Shown here: positions 37,502 through 50,917 of the stretch, piece by piece
Layout of the letters: every line of letters starts with the position of its first letter
Numbering within the stretch: the stretch's first letter is position 1
Origin: Octopus sinensis
Taxonomy: Eukaryota
Assembly (NCBI RefSeq): GCF_006345805.1
Contig: NC_043000.1
Coordinates: forward strand, 8,060,001-8,124,000
DNA length: 64,000 nt
Direction: 5' to 3'
Translations under genes and position numbers: made by a program
The notes under the pieces: generated by a model
Told to the model about the DNA's origin: nothing
Database searches by the model: none
The model's input: the letters and a program-made list of their open reading frames with translations, nothing else

Positions 37502-37667
37502 ATATAGAGGGCATTATACATACATGCCAGAGGGCATTATACATACATGCCACACGCTAAGAGGACAATTAGTCATTTCTACCAAAAATATTACTATTTT
37601 TGGTAGAAATGACTAATTGTCCCTCTTAGCATGTGGCATGTATGTATAATGCCCTCTATTATAAATT
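37495..37667. repeat. Near-perfect fold-back hairpin with 4-nt loop
   Basis: 28-bp perfect inner stem 37563-37590/37595-37622; arms about 70 bp; 23-bp tandem duplication (37506-37528, 37529-37551) in the left arm. Confidence 0.9.
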
Positions 37668-37791
37668 AATATGTTCAATAAGAAATAATTATTTTCGAAA
37701 TTTTTTTCTCTTATGAGGTTTTCATGCTATCTACCTGACAATTTCTTGTTAAGTTTTCCTTATTAAGTAGTTGTCCTTAATTGCTATAATA

Positions 37792-37826
<35 letters not shown>

Positions 37827-39582
37827 GTATATATGTATATACACACACACACACGTATATATATACACCGTATTTATACATATATGCATACATATCTATA
37901 TGTATATATATATATATATATATGGACGTGCATATGGGTGGGTGTGTAGGTGTGTATGAGTGTGTGTGTGTGTGTGTGTTTGCTTGTGTCTATATGTGTG
38001 TGTGCCTGTCTGTTGTCATGAACTGAGTAGTTATTTACAGAAGTCTTTAAAACAGAGACTGATTCCTAGCCAATTACATCAGATGTAGTCGATATTAAGA
38101 ATCATCATCATCTGCAGCAGCAGCACCACTGCCCCTGCCGTCGCCACCGCCACCACCACCACCATCACCACCACCACCACCACCACTACCACCACTACCA
38201 CCACCACCATCACCATCATCATCATCAACATCAACATTTTCCTCCTCTTTCTTGTTATCATTATTATCATCATCATTGTCACCAACATAGTTTATTATCA
38301 TTATGTAGTTATACAACTGTGGGTTAAAAGAGTAAAGACCCCTTTTGGTCATGAATGACCCTGGGATTGCACCCCAGAAAGTTACCCTCTGAGACACAAG
38401 TCTCGGCAAGGCTTCCTCTCACCATGCCACAGATGTTATCCAGGGGAAAGGCAAAGACCGATACAGCTTGGCACCAGTGACGTTGCAACTCATTTCTACA
38501 GCCAGACAACAGTAACAACAAGAAGAACAACACCAACAACAACAAGCAACCAAACAACCAACCAACTACAGTCTCCTCTGAAGTCTCTCTTTCCCACAAA
38601 ACTCCTTACTCTCCACCTGTTTTGCATCTCTCACCACCTTCTTGTGACTCTGCTTCTCTTTCATCTAATACAGGCTCACATGCCATCAATCCATCCTACA
38701 TCTTTTTCCACTCATTATGATTGCAAGACGTTATCATTGCACACATCATACAATGTGGAATATAAATGTAATTTCTGATTCAATCTGATCTTTTCCCTTC
38801 TTTCTTTTATCTTCACAATTAACTAACTCAGCTAACATACTATATTACTTCTTTGAAATAATTTGCCTGTCTTGTTTTGTTTGTTTTTGTCCCTTTAATT
38901 TTTTTTTTTATTCGTGTATCAATGTTTGAGACCCTGCATGTGCTTCTGTGTGTGTGTGCATGTGTGAGAATGGATGTATGAATGCATGCATCTGTGTATG
39001 TCCATAAGAATGTATGCAATTATGATTTTGTATTCGTATGAAAATGTGTACAACTTATGCGTGCATGTGAGTATTTATGTATGCGTGTTTGTGTATGGAT
39101 GCACTTATATTTGAATATCCGTATGAATGTATGTATATATGTGCACATATACATATGTATGTATGAATGTATATTTCTATGCATAAATGTATTTAGCTGT
39201 GTATCTAAGCTTGTATTTATTAATGTGTGTATGTGAATATGGACATATGTATGTATGTATGTATGAAAGTGTGTAGCTTTATAGTTATACATGTATACAT
39301 ATATGTATGAAAAAATGTATGCATGCAACTATACATATGCATGTAACTATATATATATGTATGCCTATCCATAAGTACATATGGATGTAAATATGTATGT
39401 ATGTGTATATATATATATATACATATATATGTATGTATGTAAGTATGTATCTATGTATGTACATAAGTATGTAAGTAGCTATGGATGAATGAATGCATAT
39501 TTGTATGCATATATGTAAGTATTATTTATGCATATTGCATACATCTGTCTATCTGTTTGCTCATCAATCTTTCTTACCTTTT

Positions 39583-39643
<61 letters not shown>

Positions 39644-39823
39644 CTGTCTTACATCACTTTTCAAGTGAATGGCATCTCTGAAATATTTTAATTTAAAGAT
39701 ACTTCTTTCCTATACCAATCAATGTAGAGAAGGTTATGGCCCACAAATAAGGTCAGAATAACATCAAAACATATTCACTGTTGTCTCCCATTCTTGCCAA
39801 CGAGATGCAAGTAATCTTTATAT

Positions 39824-40049
39824 TCTCTTATTCTTTTACATGTTCCAGTTATTTGACTGTGGCCATGCTAGAGTATTGCTTTTAGTTGAGCAAATCGACC
39901 CCAGGATTTATTCTTTGTAAGCCTAGTACTTATTCTATCATCACTTTTGCCAAACTGGTAAGTTATGGGGATGCAAACTCACAAGCATTGGTTGCCAAGC
40001 GATGTGGTGGGGACAAACACAGACACATAGACACACACACACACACGTG

Positions 40050-40093
<44 letters not shown>

Positions 40094-40254
40094 ATGGGCT
40101 TCTTTCAATTCTGTCTACCAAATCCACTCACAAGACTTTGGTTGATCTGAGGCTATAGTAAAAGACACTTGCCCAAGATGCTACGCAGTGGAACTGAACC
40201 CAAAGCCATGTAGTTGGTAAGCAAGCTACTTACCACACAGCCACTCCTGTGCCT
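39824..40254 (-). mobile_element. SINE family A
   Basis: Reverse-complement match. Confidence 0.85.
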
Positions 40255-41595
40255 ATGTTGACTACATAATTGTTTCTTTGTATTAAATATCTTAACCACT
40301 GCTAATTATCCCCCATTCTTTAAGCATTACATGGTGTCTTCATTGAGTTAAACATTTATAGTGGTTGAGTAAAAGACTCAGTGGTAGCTGAGTGGTTAGG
40401 GTACTGGGTAACTTATCCAATGGCCATTTTACTGGTTTCAGTGAAGAAATTCATTCCACATAGTAAATCTAGTTCTTCATTCATTTGTTCAAAGAATTAT
40501 TGCAAATGTCTAACTTTGCATAATTGTCTAAATTTATGATAAGTGTTAATTAATTGAGAGAAATTGGTGACTTATAATTATCATTGATGGCTTGAATATA
40601 TGAATTTAAATCCCGTTATAATTTATCATCACTGACAATTCATCATCATCATATTTTCCATCATCACCATCATCACCACCGCCGCCACCGCCACCACCAC
40701 CAACAACAACAGCAACATCACCATTACCACCACCACTAGCAAAACCGTTGCCATCATCATCATCTCCTTGTCCTTCTCTTCCTTGCTCTTCTTTTCCTCC
40801 ACATTCTCATTCTTGTTGTCCTTCTCCTCATCCTCCATTCGTCCCCATTCTTGTTCTCCTCCTTGTCTTTGTCCACATTTTCCTCATTCTCCATTGTCTC
40901 TACATTCCTCCTCCTCCTCTTCATCATCATCATTTTGCTGTCACTTTTCCCATATGAGCATGTGTTAGGTCATCACAGATCATGTCAGACCTTATTCAGG
41001 TTAGTGTCCCCTGACACAAGCCAGAGATCATATTGCTCTTACAATTACCGTTTTTCATATGACATCTACAGCAAGATGCTCTTTCTATTGTCAACTATTT
41101 TATTGAGTATACAGCGAGCATTTTATTGTGACTGTAACATCAGGAAGTTGTCTTGTTCATAAGTCTAAAGAGAGCTCTTTTTATTCCATTTAAATGACAA
41201 CGACAAATCAGTACTCATTCTGAGATCAATAACCTTTCTTTTTCTGTCAACTTGCGTGAGGAACAATAATAAAAGTATTACATATCATCCCATTGATTAT
41301 TGTATTTATGTAGCCTTTTCCTCATCATTAAATCTTTCACGGATAAATAACATCTTTAGCTTTGAAAAGTATATTGATGGAACAATGATAAAATGCTTTT
41401 TGTTTTGTTTAGGATGTTTGAATTTTTTCGATGTATTTTATTGAGCAATAAAATCTAATGAAACAATCTTTATATGTGTATACATAAACATATACATGCA
41501 TATATAGGGAGAATTCACAAAAAAAAAAAAGACAAAGACAGGTGGTGTAGACAACAAACAGATGAATTAGTTTAATGCTCAGGAATTGAAAAGGT

Positions 41596-41630
41596 TTTTA
41601 ACGTTTTGAGCCTACGCTCTTCCACAGAAA
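41596..41630 (-). ncRNA. Degenerate minimal hammerhead-like motif
   Basis: Minus: TTT CTGTGGA A GAGC-GTAG-GCTC AAAA CGTT AAA; two core deviations (A6U, G12A). Confidence 0.45.
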
Positions 41631-42449
41631 GGAACACAGAAAGAATCAAGGAGAGAAAATAAAGAATGTATAGTGGCTAGCGATCTATCATGGCGAATGC
41701 CGGACAGAAGGGAAACACAGGAGAGCAGGAAGAAGGGGAGATAATAAAGTAGTGGTGATCCCAAAACGAAGGTGCACGTGTGTGTGTATAAGAGAGCATG
41801 TATGTGTGTGTGGAAGAGGGCTGGTGACCTTGACATGTACGTGTGTGTATGTGTATGTGTGTGGACGATGGTGTAGGGCTGGGAAGTGGTCAGTGCTAGT
41901 GTGTGTGTGTGTTGATGTGATGTGATGTGACGTGGTGTTGTGTGGTATGGTGGCGCATGGTGTGGTGGTGTGTGGTGTGATGGTGTTGGGATGTGGGGGA
42001 GGCGAGAGTGGGGAAAGCAAGGGTGGGGTATGGGTTTGGCTGGGGGTGGGGGTAGAGATGGGGTATGTGTGTATATGTGTGTATATGTATGTAATATATA
42101 TATACACATACACACATATATATATCATAGTACTAAAGAAAGGTTAGTGTATATATTATTCAATCAAGGTATTGTTTACCAGGATTACATTGCTCATAAT
42201 TAGTGATATGTATTAAGGTGTTGAGCTGGCAGAATTGTTAACATGCTGGATAAAATAATTAGCAACGTTTCACCCGTTGCTATATTCTGAGTCCAAAATT
42301 TTGCCGATGTCAACTTTGCCTTCCATCCTTTTGGGGTCGATAAATCATGTACCAGTGAAAACCTGGGGTTGATGTAATCGGCTGTCCCTCTCTCCCCAAT
42401 TTCAGGCCTTGTGCCTGTAGTAGAAAGGAATAATTAGCGATGTGTATTG

Positions 42450-42504
<55 letters not shown>

Positions 42505-42930
42505 CATTATTATTATTTTTATCAATCATCATCATCATTATTATCATTGTTATCATTATTATTGTTGTTGTTATTATAACAATTACTATTATTAATAGTT
42601 ATTGTTTTTTTATGGTTTGTGTCAGACTGAAGGAACTGTGTCATGACCTCTGTTGATCATCAGAGACTGATGCTGTTGATGTTTAGTTTGAACTGCTACA
42701 AATTGTTGCTTAGACCCAACCCTGATTAAGAACACCTATGATGAAAGGTATTCCAACCATAACTTTCTCATCTTATTGTAGAGAACACAGAACCATATTC
42801 TATAAAGTGTCCTTTTTTTAATAAAAAAATAGGCATGTGATCTGTGAGGGAGATTTCCCTGTTATTTCTAGCAGGTCAAAAGACACTACATTGTTGGCTT
42901 TATACTCAATGCTTATAAAAAATCCATATC

Positions 42931-43109
42931 AGGACAAATACCCCCAGGGCAATTAGGCCACCTCCCAGGACAGCTCCCTCTAGGACTACCCCCAGTTAAT
43001 TACCCCCTCTCCAATATATTAAGAAGTTTTAAATCATCATCTTTTGTCCTCAGGGGTAATCATCATCTTTTGTCCTTGGTGAGTTATTGTCCATGGGGGT
43101 AAATGTCCT
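42931..43109. mobile_element. Short MITE-like element
   Basis: AGGACAAATACCCCCA / TGGGGGTAAATGTCCT inverted ends (14 of 16), internal GGACA-like subrepeats. Confidence 0.5.
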
Positions 43110-43672
43110 AAACTCAAAAAATCTAAGTGAGATAAGATTTCTAGAGGGTTGACTTGATGGGGAGGAAGGACTAGATTACATGGTTAGTGCAGGACCTGGC
43201 ACAGAGGGGAGGTAAAGGAATAGATTGAATTAGAAGAGAGCTTAAGGGGGATGGTAGAAGGGTACCATGGTAGACCATTGTAGTAGCCGTTATGTTCTGA
43301 GTTCAAATTCCACCAAGGTCGACTTTGCCTTTCATCCTTTCAGGGTCAATAAATTAAGTACCAGTTACACACTGGGGTCGATGTAATCGACTTAATCCGT
43401 TTGTCTGTCCTTGTTTGTCCCCTCTATATTTAGCCCCTTGTGGGCAATAAAGAAATAACAAACTGTCAAGAATGGTACATGTAGAACCTTAGACCAAATG
43501 CCTTTCAGTATTTAGCTGCATATCTTTACCTTCTGAGTTCAAATTCTGCTGAGGTCAGCTTTTGTTTTTTATCATTCAAGTGTAGGTAAAATATAATATC
43601 AGTTTTGCATTGGTGCTGATCAAATCAACTGCCATTTTCCACTAAATTTTGTGGTCTCTGATCTTTGCAAGA

Positions 43673-43920
43673 TCAGACACATACTGCAGAATGAACCCTA
43701 AAATGTGATACGACAAGCACTTGACTGGAACCCACGGAAGAAAAGGAAGCGAGGATGCCCGAAGCAGCCATGGAAGCAGAGCATTTTGGACGAGCTCAGG
43801 ACCACCGACCTGACATGGGAAGCAGCCAAGAAACGCGCCAATGCCCGCAAAAAGTGGAAAACAACTGTTGAGGCCCTGTGCTCCACAAGAGGCAAAAAGG
43901 ATTAAGAAGAAGAAGAAGAA
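43673..43920 (+). mobile_element. 5'-truncated RTE LINE, second family, (AAG)n tail
   Basis: IRQALDWNP..KRKRGCPKQPW...VEALCSTRG-stop; 13-bp TSD GATCTTTGCAAGA at 43660-43672 and 43921-43933. Confidence 0.9.
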
Positions 43921-45784
43921 GATCTTTGCAAGAAACCATTTTTAATGTAATGTTTTATTTGTTTTGAAAAATGAAATGATGACAGTGACAACAACAAGTA
44001 TAGCTACAACAATACCTGTTAGTCCTAAACAGCAATTAGCAGAAGATCGTTAATTGAGCATAGAGTGATTAATTGACACAATCATTAGGGCCTCAGACAA
44101 TTATTTTGCTGTTCCAGTTCTTGAGATTGATTTCAACTTTGTTCTTTGTTCCTCCAGGGTTGGGGTTAGGTTCAAATAAAGGTACCGGTCATATACTGGA
44201 ATAGGTTCTTCCTGCCTGTCTCTCTTCCCATCTCTTTCTTTGTCACTAAATCTTGTTTTCTGTCTGTCTGTCTCTCTCTCTCTCAGATAGGATAAGTTGT
44301 GGTGGGAGAGAGTTGTGACCAAGTATTCACAGTACCTTCTTTCCCCAAGAAATGATATAAGATTTTACTAAAAACAAGCATCTTCTTTACGGCTGCAAAA
44401 GCCAACAAAAGGACAATATAACATGGTCAACAGGGATGGAATGATTTGTTGTAAGGCATGAAATAGTTACAAAAGAAAAAAATTTAGGTGCATGTAAAAC
44501 TTAGTCTGTTTAGATTTATTCTCATATTTTGTTTCTCCCCTCTTTTCTTTTATTATATAACTCAAAGTTAAAATTTAAGATTAATTTCTTTCCTTTATTT
44601 TTCTATAGATTTTAACATGATTGCATTAAGATTTAACCTAATCTTTCATCTATAACAGAAATCAGAAAACTTTTTGGGAGGCGGGCCAGACTAGAAATAC
44701 TTTTATGACTTGCAGACCAAAACAAATAAAATTTAAAAAAAAAAAGCATGATTGCACAAATTATATAAAGAGTTTGCTTTTTCGATTTTTAATCTTTTAA
44801 ATGCCATCTGCCATAATGAAGTAATTGTTACACTTCTAAAGATGTAAGAAAATAAAACTGCATGCATCCATGTATGACACAGTGTGTAGTGGAGAGTTAA
44901 AACATGTTTCAGTTCGACTGAATGGAGATGATTGTAGATTTGAGGTAAATGTGACACCTGCCAGTTTACTTGTTTTTTTCAATGGACAGGTATTTTTTTT
45001 TGTTTTGTTAGCTTGTCACTCCCACTCTTATTGTCAGTTATTCATGTCAACTATATTGAGACAGTGTACAAAATACTGTCAGTGTCTATTGCTCTATTCA
45101 GTTGGGAAAGTGAAAAGATTTATTGTTTAAAATCTCACACCCAGGTAAACTTTCATTTTTTAACTAGCAAAAGGAATATCACATAGAACTGGTAGAATCA
45201 TTAGCATGCCAGGCAAAATGCCTAGCAGTATTTCGTCTGCTATTATGTTCTGAGTTCAAATTCTGCTGAAGTTGACTTTGCCTTTCATCCTTTTGGGGTA
45301 GACTAGATAAGTATCAGTTATGCACTGGGGTCGATGTAATCGACTTAATCCCTTTGTCTGTCCTTGTTTGTCCCCTCTATGTTTAGTTGCCTGTGGAAGT
45401 AAATATCACATTTTATATATCTTTTATTTTTTGTCGTTTGCTTGTTTCAGTCATTCTTTACTCTCACCTAGAATTCCTATTACAAATTCTGCTCCTCTCT
45501 GTAACTTATCTTCTATCTCTATCTTCCCCCAGGCTACCAACATATCAAGAATCCAAATAACTGAACATCAGCCGCAATAACTTCACTTGCCTGGTCTTGT
45601 TTCTGAGTTAACTCTTTGTTTGTCCAATGTACCAACCACATGAAATGCAGGACATATTTCCCTGGTGTCCAAGCATCATGTATGATATATGTTCCTAAAT
45701 TTTTACGGCTGCCAGAGTAACTAGCGACTTTTGAAAGGAAAGTTTTTATATCATTCAATACATTTGAAACAAGTTTCGTTTTTG

Positions 45785-46173
45785 GTGGCTGTGTGGTAAG
45801 TAGCTTGCTAACCAACCACATGGTTCTGGGTTCAGTCCCACTGCGTGGCATCTTCTGCATAGCCCCGGGCCGACCAATGCCTTGTGAGTGGATTTGGTAG
45901 ACGGAAACTGAAAGAAGCCTGTCGTATATATGTATGTATATATATAAGTGTGTGTGTGTATGTTTGTGTGTCTGTGTTTGTCCCCCTAGCATTGCTTGAC
46001 AACCGATGCTGGTGTGTTTACGTCCCCATCACTTAGCGGTTCAGCAAAAGAGACCGATAGAATAAGTACTGGGCTTACAAAGAATAAGTCCCGGGGTCGA
46101 TCTGCTCGACTAAAGGTGGTGCTCCAGCATGGCCGCAGTCAAATGACTGAAACAAGTAAAAGAGTAAAAGAGT
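45785..46173 (+). mobile_element. SINE family A
   Basis: Close match to the family consensus. Confidence 0.88.
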
Positions 46174-46411
46174 AAGATTCTTTATATGAGTTCGTGTGTT
46201 GAAACATATGCTGTTGTGTCTGGGGAGAGTCATTTTCTTTTTGTGCCTTATTATGTAACACACTCACCAGTAAAAACTATTGAAAAGGTTGCAAGATGCA
46301 ATGTAAATTTTAGGACAATAAAAATAAGAAAAAAGCGAAAATTTTACCGGTGAGTTTGTTACATAATAAAGCACAAAAAGAAAATGACTCTCCCCAGACA
46401 CAACAGAATTT
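46174..46411. mobile_element. Repeat family D with internal inversion
   Basis: 65-nt arms 46211-46275 and 46342-46406 (62 of 65 complementary) around the hammerhead-like segment. Confidence 0.8.
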
Positions 46412-46658
46412 GAAACAAGGGCTACCTAAAAGTCTGAAAAGAAGCACGGATGTGCAATGGCAAACTTAAGAAAATGCTTTGGTTAACATCTGGGAAATAA
46501 AAGTCTATTGATGAGAACATCACCTGCCCCTCCTCTTTCGTGTCTTATTCTTCTTTCTCTTCCTCATCATCATCATCTTCCTCTTCTCCTGCCTCCTTTT
46601 CTTCTTCTTCTCTTCACTCCCTTCCTCTTTCTTAGGCTAACACGTAAACAAATCTTAC

Positions 46659-46766
46659 CGCAGCATCTGCAAGCCACCAATCAGAAAGCTTTGCGAGGAT
46701 GAAAAAGTTTAATTTCTGATATGTCATGATTTACAACATGTGTTAGTCTGCAATAGAAACCAAAGC
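46659..46766 (-). other. Candidate host exon (unverified)
   Basis: Long pyrimidine tract then TATTGCAG acceptor; GCG|GTAAGA donor; unique sequence; ATG-initiated MTYQKLNFFILAKLSDWWLADAA reaches the donor. Confidence 0.3.
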
Positions 46767-47099
46767 CTGCAATATCGGAAAGTAAAACAAGAAAAAAAAA
46801 AGAAAGAAAGAAAGAAAGAAAGAAAGAAAAAAAGAGAGAGAGAAGGGGAGAGAAAAATCTCCATTTACTTTGACTTTGTTGTGTGGACAATAATTCTTTT
46901 TGCAGCAGACACAATCATTTTTACAGCTCCGTGATGGTGAAATTAGAGTTGATTGCCTTCCATACATTGCAAGCATTAAGTTAATTGCCTTGCATACATT
47001 ACATACATTACAAGAAATACTAATTACATCTGTTGATTACTATAGTGGCTGATAATCTTTTTACATCTAAGATGTATATGTAATACGTTTTATAACCAA

Positions 47100-47420
47100 C
47101 TAGCAGTATCGTCCGGCGTTGCTCGGGTTTGTTTCGACCCTCTAGAATTGTAATTTTTGAAAAGTAAAAATTTTGCATTATGTAGCTTGTTATTCTCTTT
47201 AAGTGAACATTTTTCTGGTTGAAATATACCAAAAAATGGCGACAGAGCAGTCAAAAAATCGTAAAAAATAGGGATTTTAATAGAAAAAAAGCACCTTTTT
47301 AATGTAAATAATTTTTGGTGTTAACATGGTCCTATTTGAATTTTTTCTTCTACAGAAGGAAGAGCAAGCCTTCTTCTATCATACTTTCAATTTTGGTCAA
47401 CTTGCGCTGCAGGGTCTCTC
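47100..47420 (-). mobile_element. Helitron 3' portion
   Basis: Minus strand ends CCCGAGCAACGCCGGACGATACTGCTAG|T, the same hairpin and terminus type as 21702-21729; 5' end not found. Confidence 0.75.
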
Positions 47421-47709
47421 ACTGACTTCTCTTCAGTACAATGATGTATACAAAAGAGGTGTTTAGTCAAATTTATTATAGTTGCTGTGCAAAATACATT
47501 AATGAAGTTCACATATCCAGAACAAATCAAAAGAACAAATTTGAAAGTCACATTTGTACTTTGTCAGTATAATATGTAACTATGTACATGCTGTAAAGAC
47601 AACATTGTGAAGAATCTCTCAGTCACCTGTCACCTGCCTCCATGAGGCTCAATGCTTGAATGAGGCCTTTTATGTGTCACCTGCATGAGTGCCATGATTT
47701 AGCCATGAC

Positions 47710-48133
47710 TACTCTTTACTCTTTTACTCTTTTACTTGTTTCAGTCATTTGACTGTGGCCATGCCGGGGCACCACTTTTAGTTGATGAAATCAACCCCAG
47801 GACTTATTCTTTGTAAGCCTAGTACTTATTCCATTGGTCTCTTTTGCCGAACCGCTAAGTTACAGGGATGTAAACACACCAGCATTGGTTGTCAAGTGAT
47901 GGTGGGGGACAAACACAGACACACAAACATATACATGCACATACATATACACACACATATACATATATACGACGGGCTTCTTTCAGTTTCCATCTACCAA
48001 ATCCACTTACAAGGCTTTGGTCAGACTGAGGCTATAGTAGAAGACACTTGCCCAAGGTGCCACGCAGTGGGACTGAACCCAGAACCATGTGGTTGGTAAG
48101 CAAGCTACTTACCACACAGCCATTCCTGCACCT
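47710..48133 (-). mobile_element. SINE family A
   Basis: Reverse-complement match. Confidence 0.85.
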
Positions 48134-48887
48134 ATTTTTTTTTTTTTCAAATATTTTATTTATTCAGAATCTTTATAAAGTAAAACAAAACGTTTTAAAT
48201 TATCAAGAAGTGCAAAAAAAGTAAATTATAAATACTTCATTCACAATTTTGTATGTTATGGTATATGATGTTATGGTATATGTAGTGCACCTGAGCACTG
48301 TACACAATTATTATTATTATTATTATTATGATTTAAGTTGGCATCATAAATATATGGTGTAATGTCTATTTACTTATCTATTTACAGAGCAAATTTCTGT
48401 CTTCATAAAAACCAAAATATGCACTGTATTGTTATCAATGTCAATTTCACTTTCTGATTATTTCCTATAAATACACATGAGGTAAAATTTGGCTGTATTT
48501 TGTCAGGCATTGATTGATACAATCTCCTATATTGTTATAAACATAAAAATAAATTGAATATTTATCACAAATGGCAAATATAAGTTATTTGAAATTAGGG
48601 TCATCAACCTTCAATATGGAAGGATGTACAAGATATAATCCAAAATGTAAACACTTTCATTATACTTACACTCCAATACTTTCATTGTTGGATACATTTA
48701 ATTCTACTGGAGTTGACTTTGCCTTTCACCCTTTCTGAGTCAACAAAATAAGTACCAGCTGGGCATTGGGGCTGATGTAATTGACTAGCCCACCTCCTGC
48801 CAATTTTTAGGTCTTGTATTAATAGCAGAGAAGTATTTATACATCGAAGAGGCTAGGGAACAGAAGAAAGAAGACATGCACCCAACA

Positions 48888-49042
48888 CCAGAGCTGAAGA
48901 CACCTCTGAAAGGTGGGGCCCTGCCAATTCAAAATGGTAGAGGAGAAGGGGCCGAAACCAGACGTGGTTCCTCCTGATGATGTTTTGAGCTAACTGGATC
49001 CTATAAAGGAGCTGTTGTGGTAGCAGACCACGAAACACGGTT
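48888..49042 (+). other. GC-richer segment with two CTGANGA...GAAAC pairs (hammerhead-like, imperfect)
   Basis: CTGAAGA 48894, GGCCC/GGGCC stem, GAAACC..GGTT; CTGATGA 48974, GTGGT/ACCAC stem, GAAAC 49032. Confidence 0.35.
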
Positions 49043-49614
49043 GTAATTCCTTCCTAACACACCATTTAATAATTACATTATTTCAGAAACAAATGTATTT
49101 ATTTCTTTCAATTTATGTTCACATTTCAATAGTTACAGTCATTATCCATCATCATTAATAACTATATATTAATTTAATGTTCAGATTAAATAATTAAACT
49201 GATGATTTTGATAATGCTTATTGATTGAAGTATGTAAAGAATGGAACTATTTCATTTTATGTTCCCATTCAGATAATGAATGTGTTCCAGTCTAGCTTTC
49301 CATAAGGTTAATTAGAATATGTCTACAGTACTTATGTTTGTCACTTGTGTTAATTATTCAGACATATTATCAATTGTATGGTAAGAAGCTTGCTTCCCAT
49401 CCACATGGTTCTGAGTTCAGTCCCATTGTGTGGCACCTTGAGCAAATGTCTTCTACTATATCTTCAGATTGATCAAAGTCTTGTGAGTAGATTTGGTAGA
49501 TGGAAACTGAAAGAAGCCTGTCGTATGTATATACATCCGAAGTGTACAGTATTATATATATCCATTACAGCTGATCTTACCAATTGGTTTTGTGCTAGGG
49601 ATTCAATGCAGTGT

Positions 49615-50030
49615 TACTCTTTTACTTGTTTCAGTCATTTGACTGCAGCCATGCTGGAGCACCACCTTTAGTCGAGCAACTCAACCCCAGAACTTATTCT
49701 TTGTAAGCCTAGTACTTATTCTATCAGTCTCTTTTGCTGAACCGCTAAGTTACAGGGATGTAAACACACCAGCATCAGTTGTCAAATGATGTTAGGGTGA
49801 CAAACACAGATACACAAACATACACACACACATATATATATATATACATATATATATACATATATACGATGGTCTTCTTTCAGTTTCCATCTACCAAATC
49901 CACTCACAAGGCTTTGGTTGGGCTGAGGCTATAGTAGAAGACACTTGGCCAAGGTGCCACACAGTGAGACTGAAGTCAGAACCAGGTGGCTCATAAGCAA
50001 GCTACTTACCAATTAGCCACTCCTGTGCCT
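49615..50030 (-). mobile_element. SINE family A
   Basis: Reverse-complement match. Confidence 0.85.
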
Positions 50031-50191
50031 ATGTTACAGAATTATGCCAAGAGTACTGATAACCTTTTCTTAAGATAACAAGGAAACAATTTCTAGTGCA
50101 GCTATGAAAACTGAATTATTGATCTTTACATTTGTCGCCAGACTGAGAACATGTTAATATTTTCTGCTTAAATTATTTACTTGTTTCATCA

Positions 50192-50229
<38 letters not shown>

Positions 50230-50478
50230 GTTTATATAATATATTGGTAGGTCATCTAAGAATACATATATGTGTGTGCATATGTATATATATATTATAT
50301 ATATATATATATAAATAAATAAACATATATATATATATATATATACATAATTAAATCTAATGTATGTATATATATATCAATCTCTCTTTATCTCTAGGTA
50401 TATGTCTATCTGTCTGTCTGCTTCTCTCTATATATATGTATATATATATATATATGTGTATATATATATGTATATATA

Positions 50479-50791
50479 TTCCTTCTTATTCCCCGTCTGT
50501 CTTGATAGACAATGGGTTGCGCCAAGGGTGGGGCCTACTTTGATGATGTGCAGCGTCTGCTGTGACTGAACAGTCCAATTCTAGAGTGGCAGTCCTTGGT
50601 ACAGTTGCTGCACACGAACATCGATGGGTACGTGTGGGGTGTTGCTGCAGTTGTCCTCCTCCTGTCCCGCCTGTCCAACCACAGCTGTGCTCTCCTCTCC
50701 TCAGCCATGGAAACGCCTTTCCTCACCGTCTGACGCCAGGCAGAGCGGTCACCAGCTGTTTCCTCCCACGTGTCCACACAGATGTTGGCAG
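50479..50791 (-). mobile_element. 5'-truncated RTE LINE, third family, with C-terminal zinc finger
   Basis: [18 protein letters not shown]...[23 protein letters not shown]-stop; short 3' UTR; in (TA)n. Confidence 0.88.
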
Positions 50792-50792
50792 T

Positions 50793-50851
<59 letters not shown>

Positions 50852-50854
50852 TAC

Positions 50855-50917
<63 letters not shown>

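Noticed and set aside
42021-42052. G-quadruplex motif GGGTGGGGTATGGGTTTGGCTGGGGGTGGGGG
   Set aside because: Fits the pattern but lies within GT-rich low-complexity sequence; nothing suggests function
45540-45784. Stop-free minus-strand frame KTKLVSNVLNDIK...QLFGFLICW
   Set aside because: ORF start comes from the adjacent SINE; only a vague RT-like resemblance and no clear splice sites; needs BLASTx
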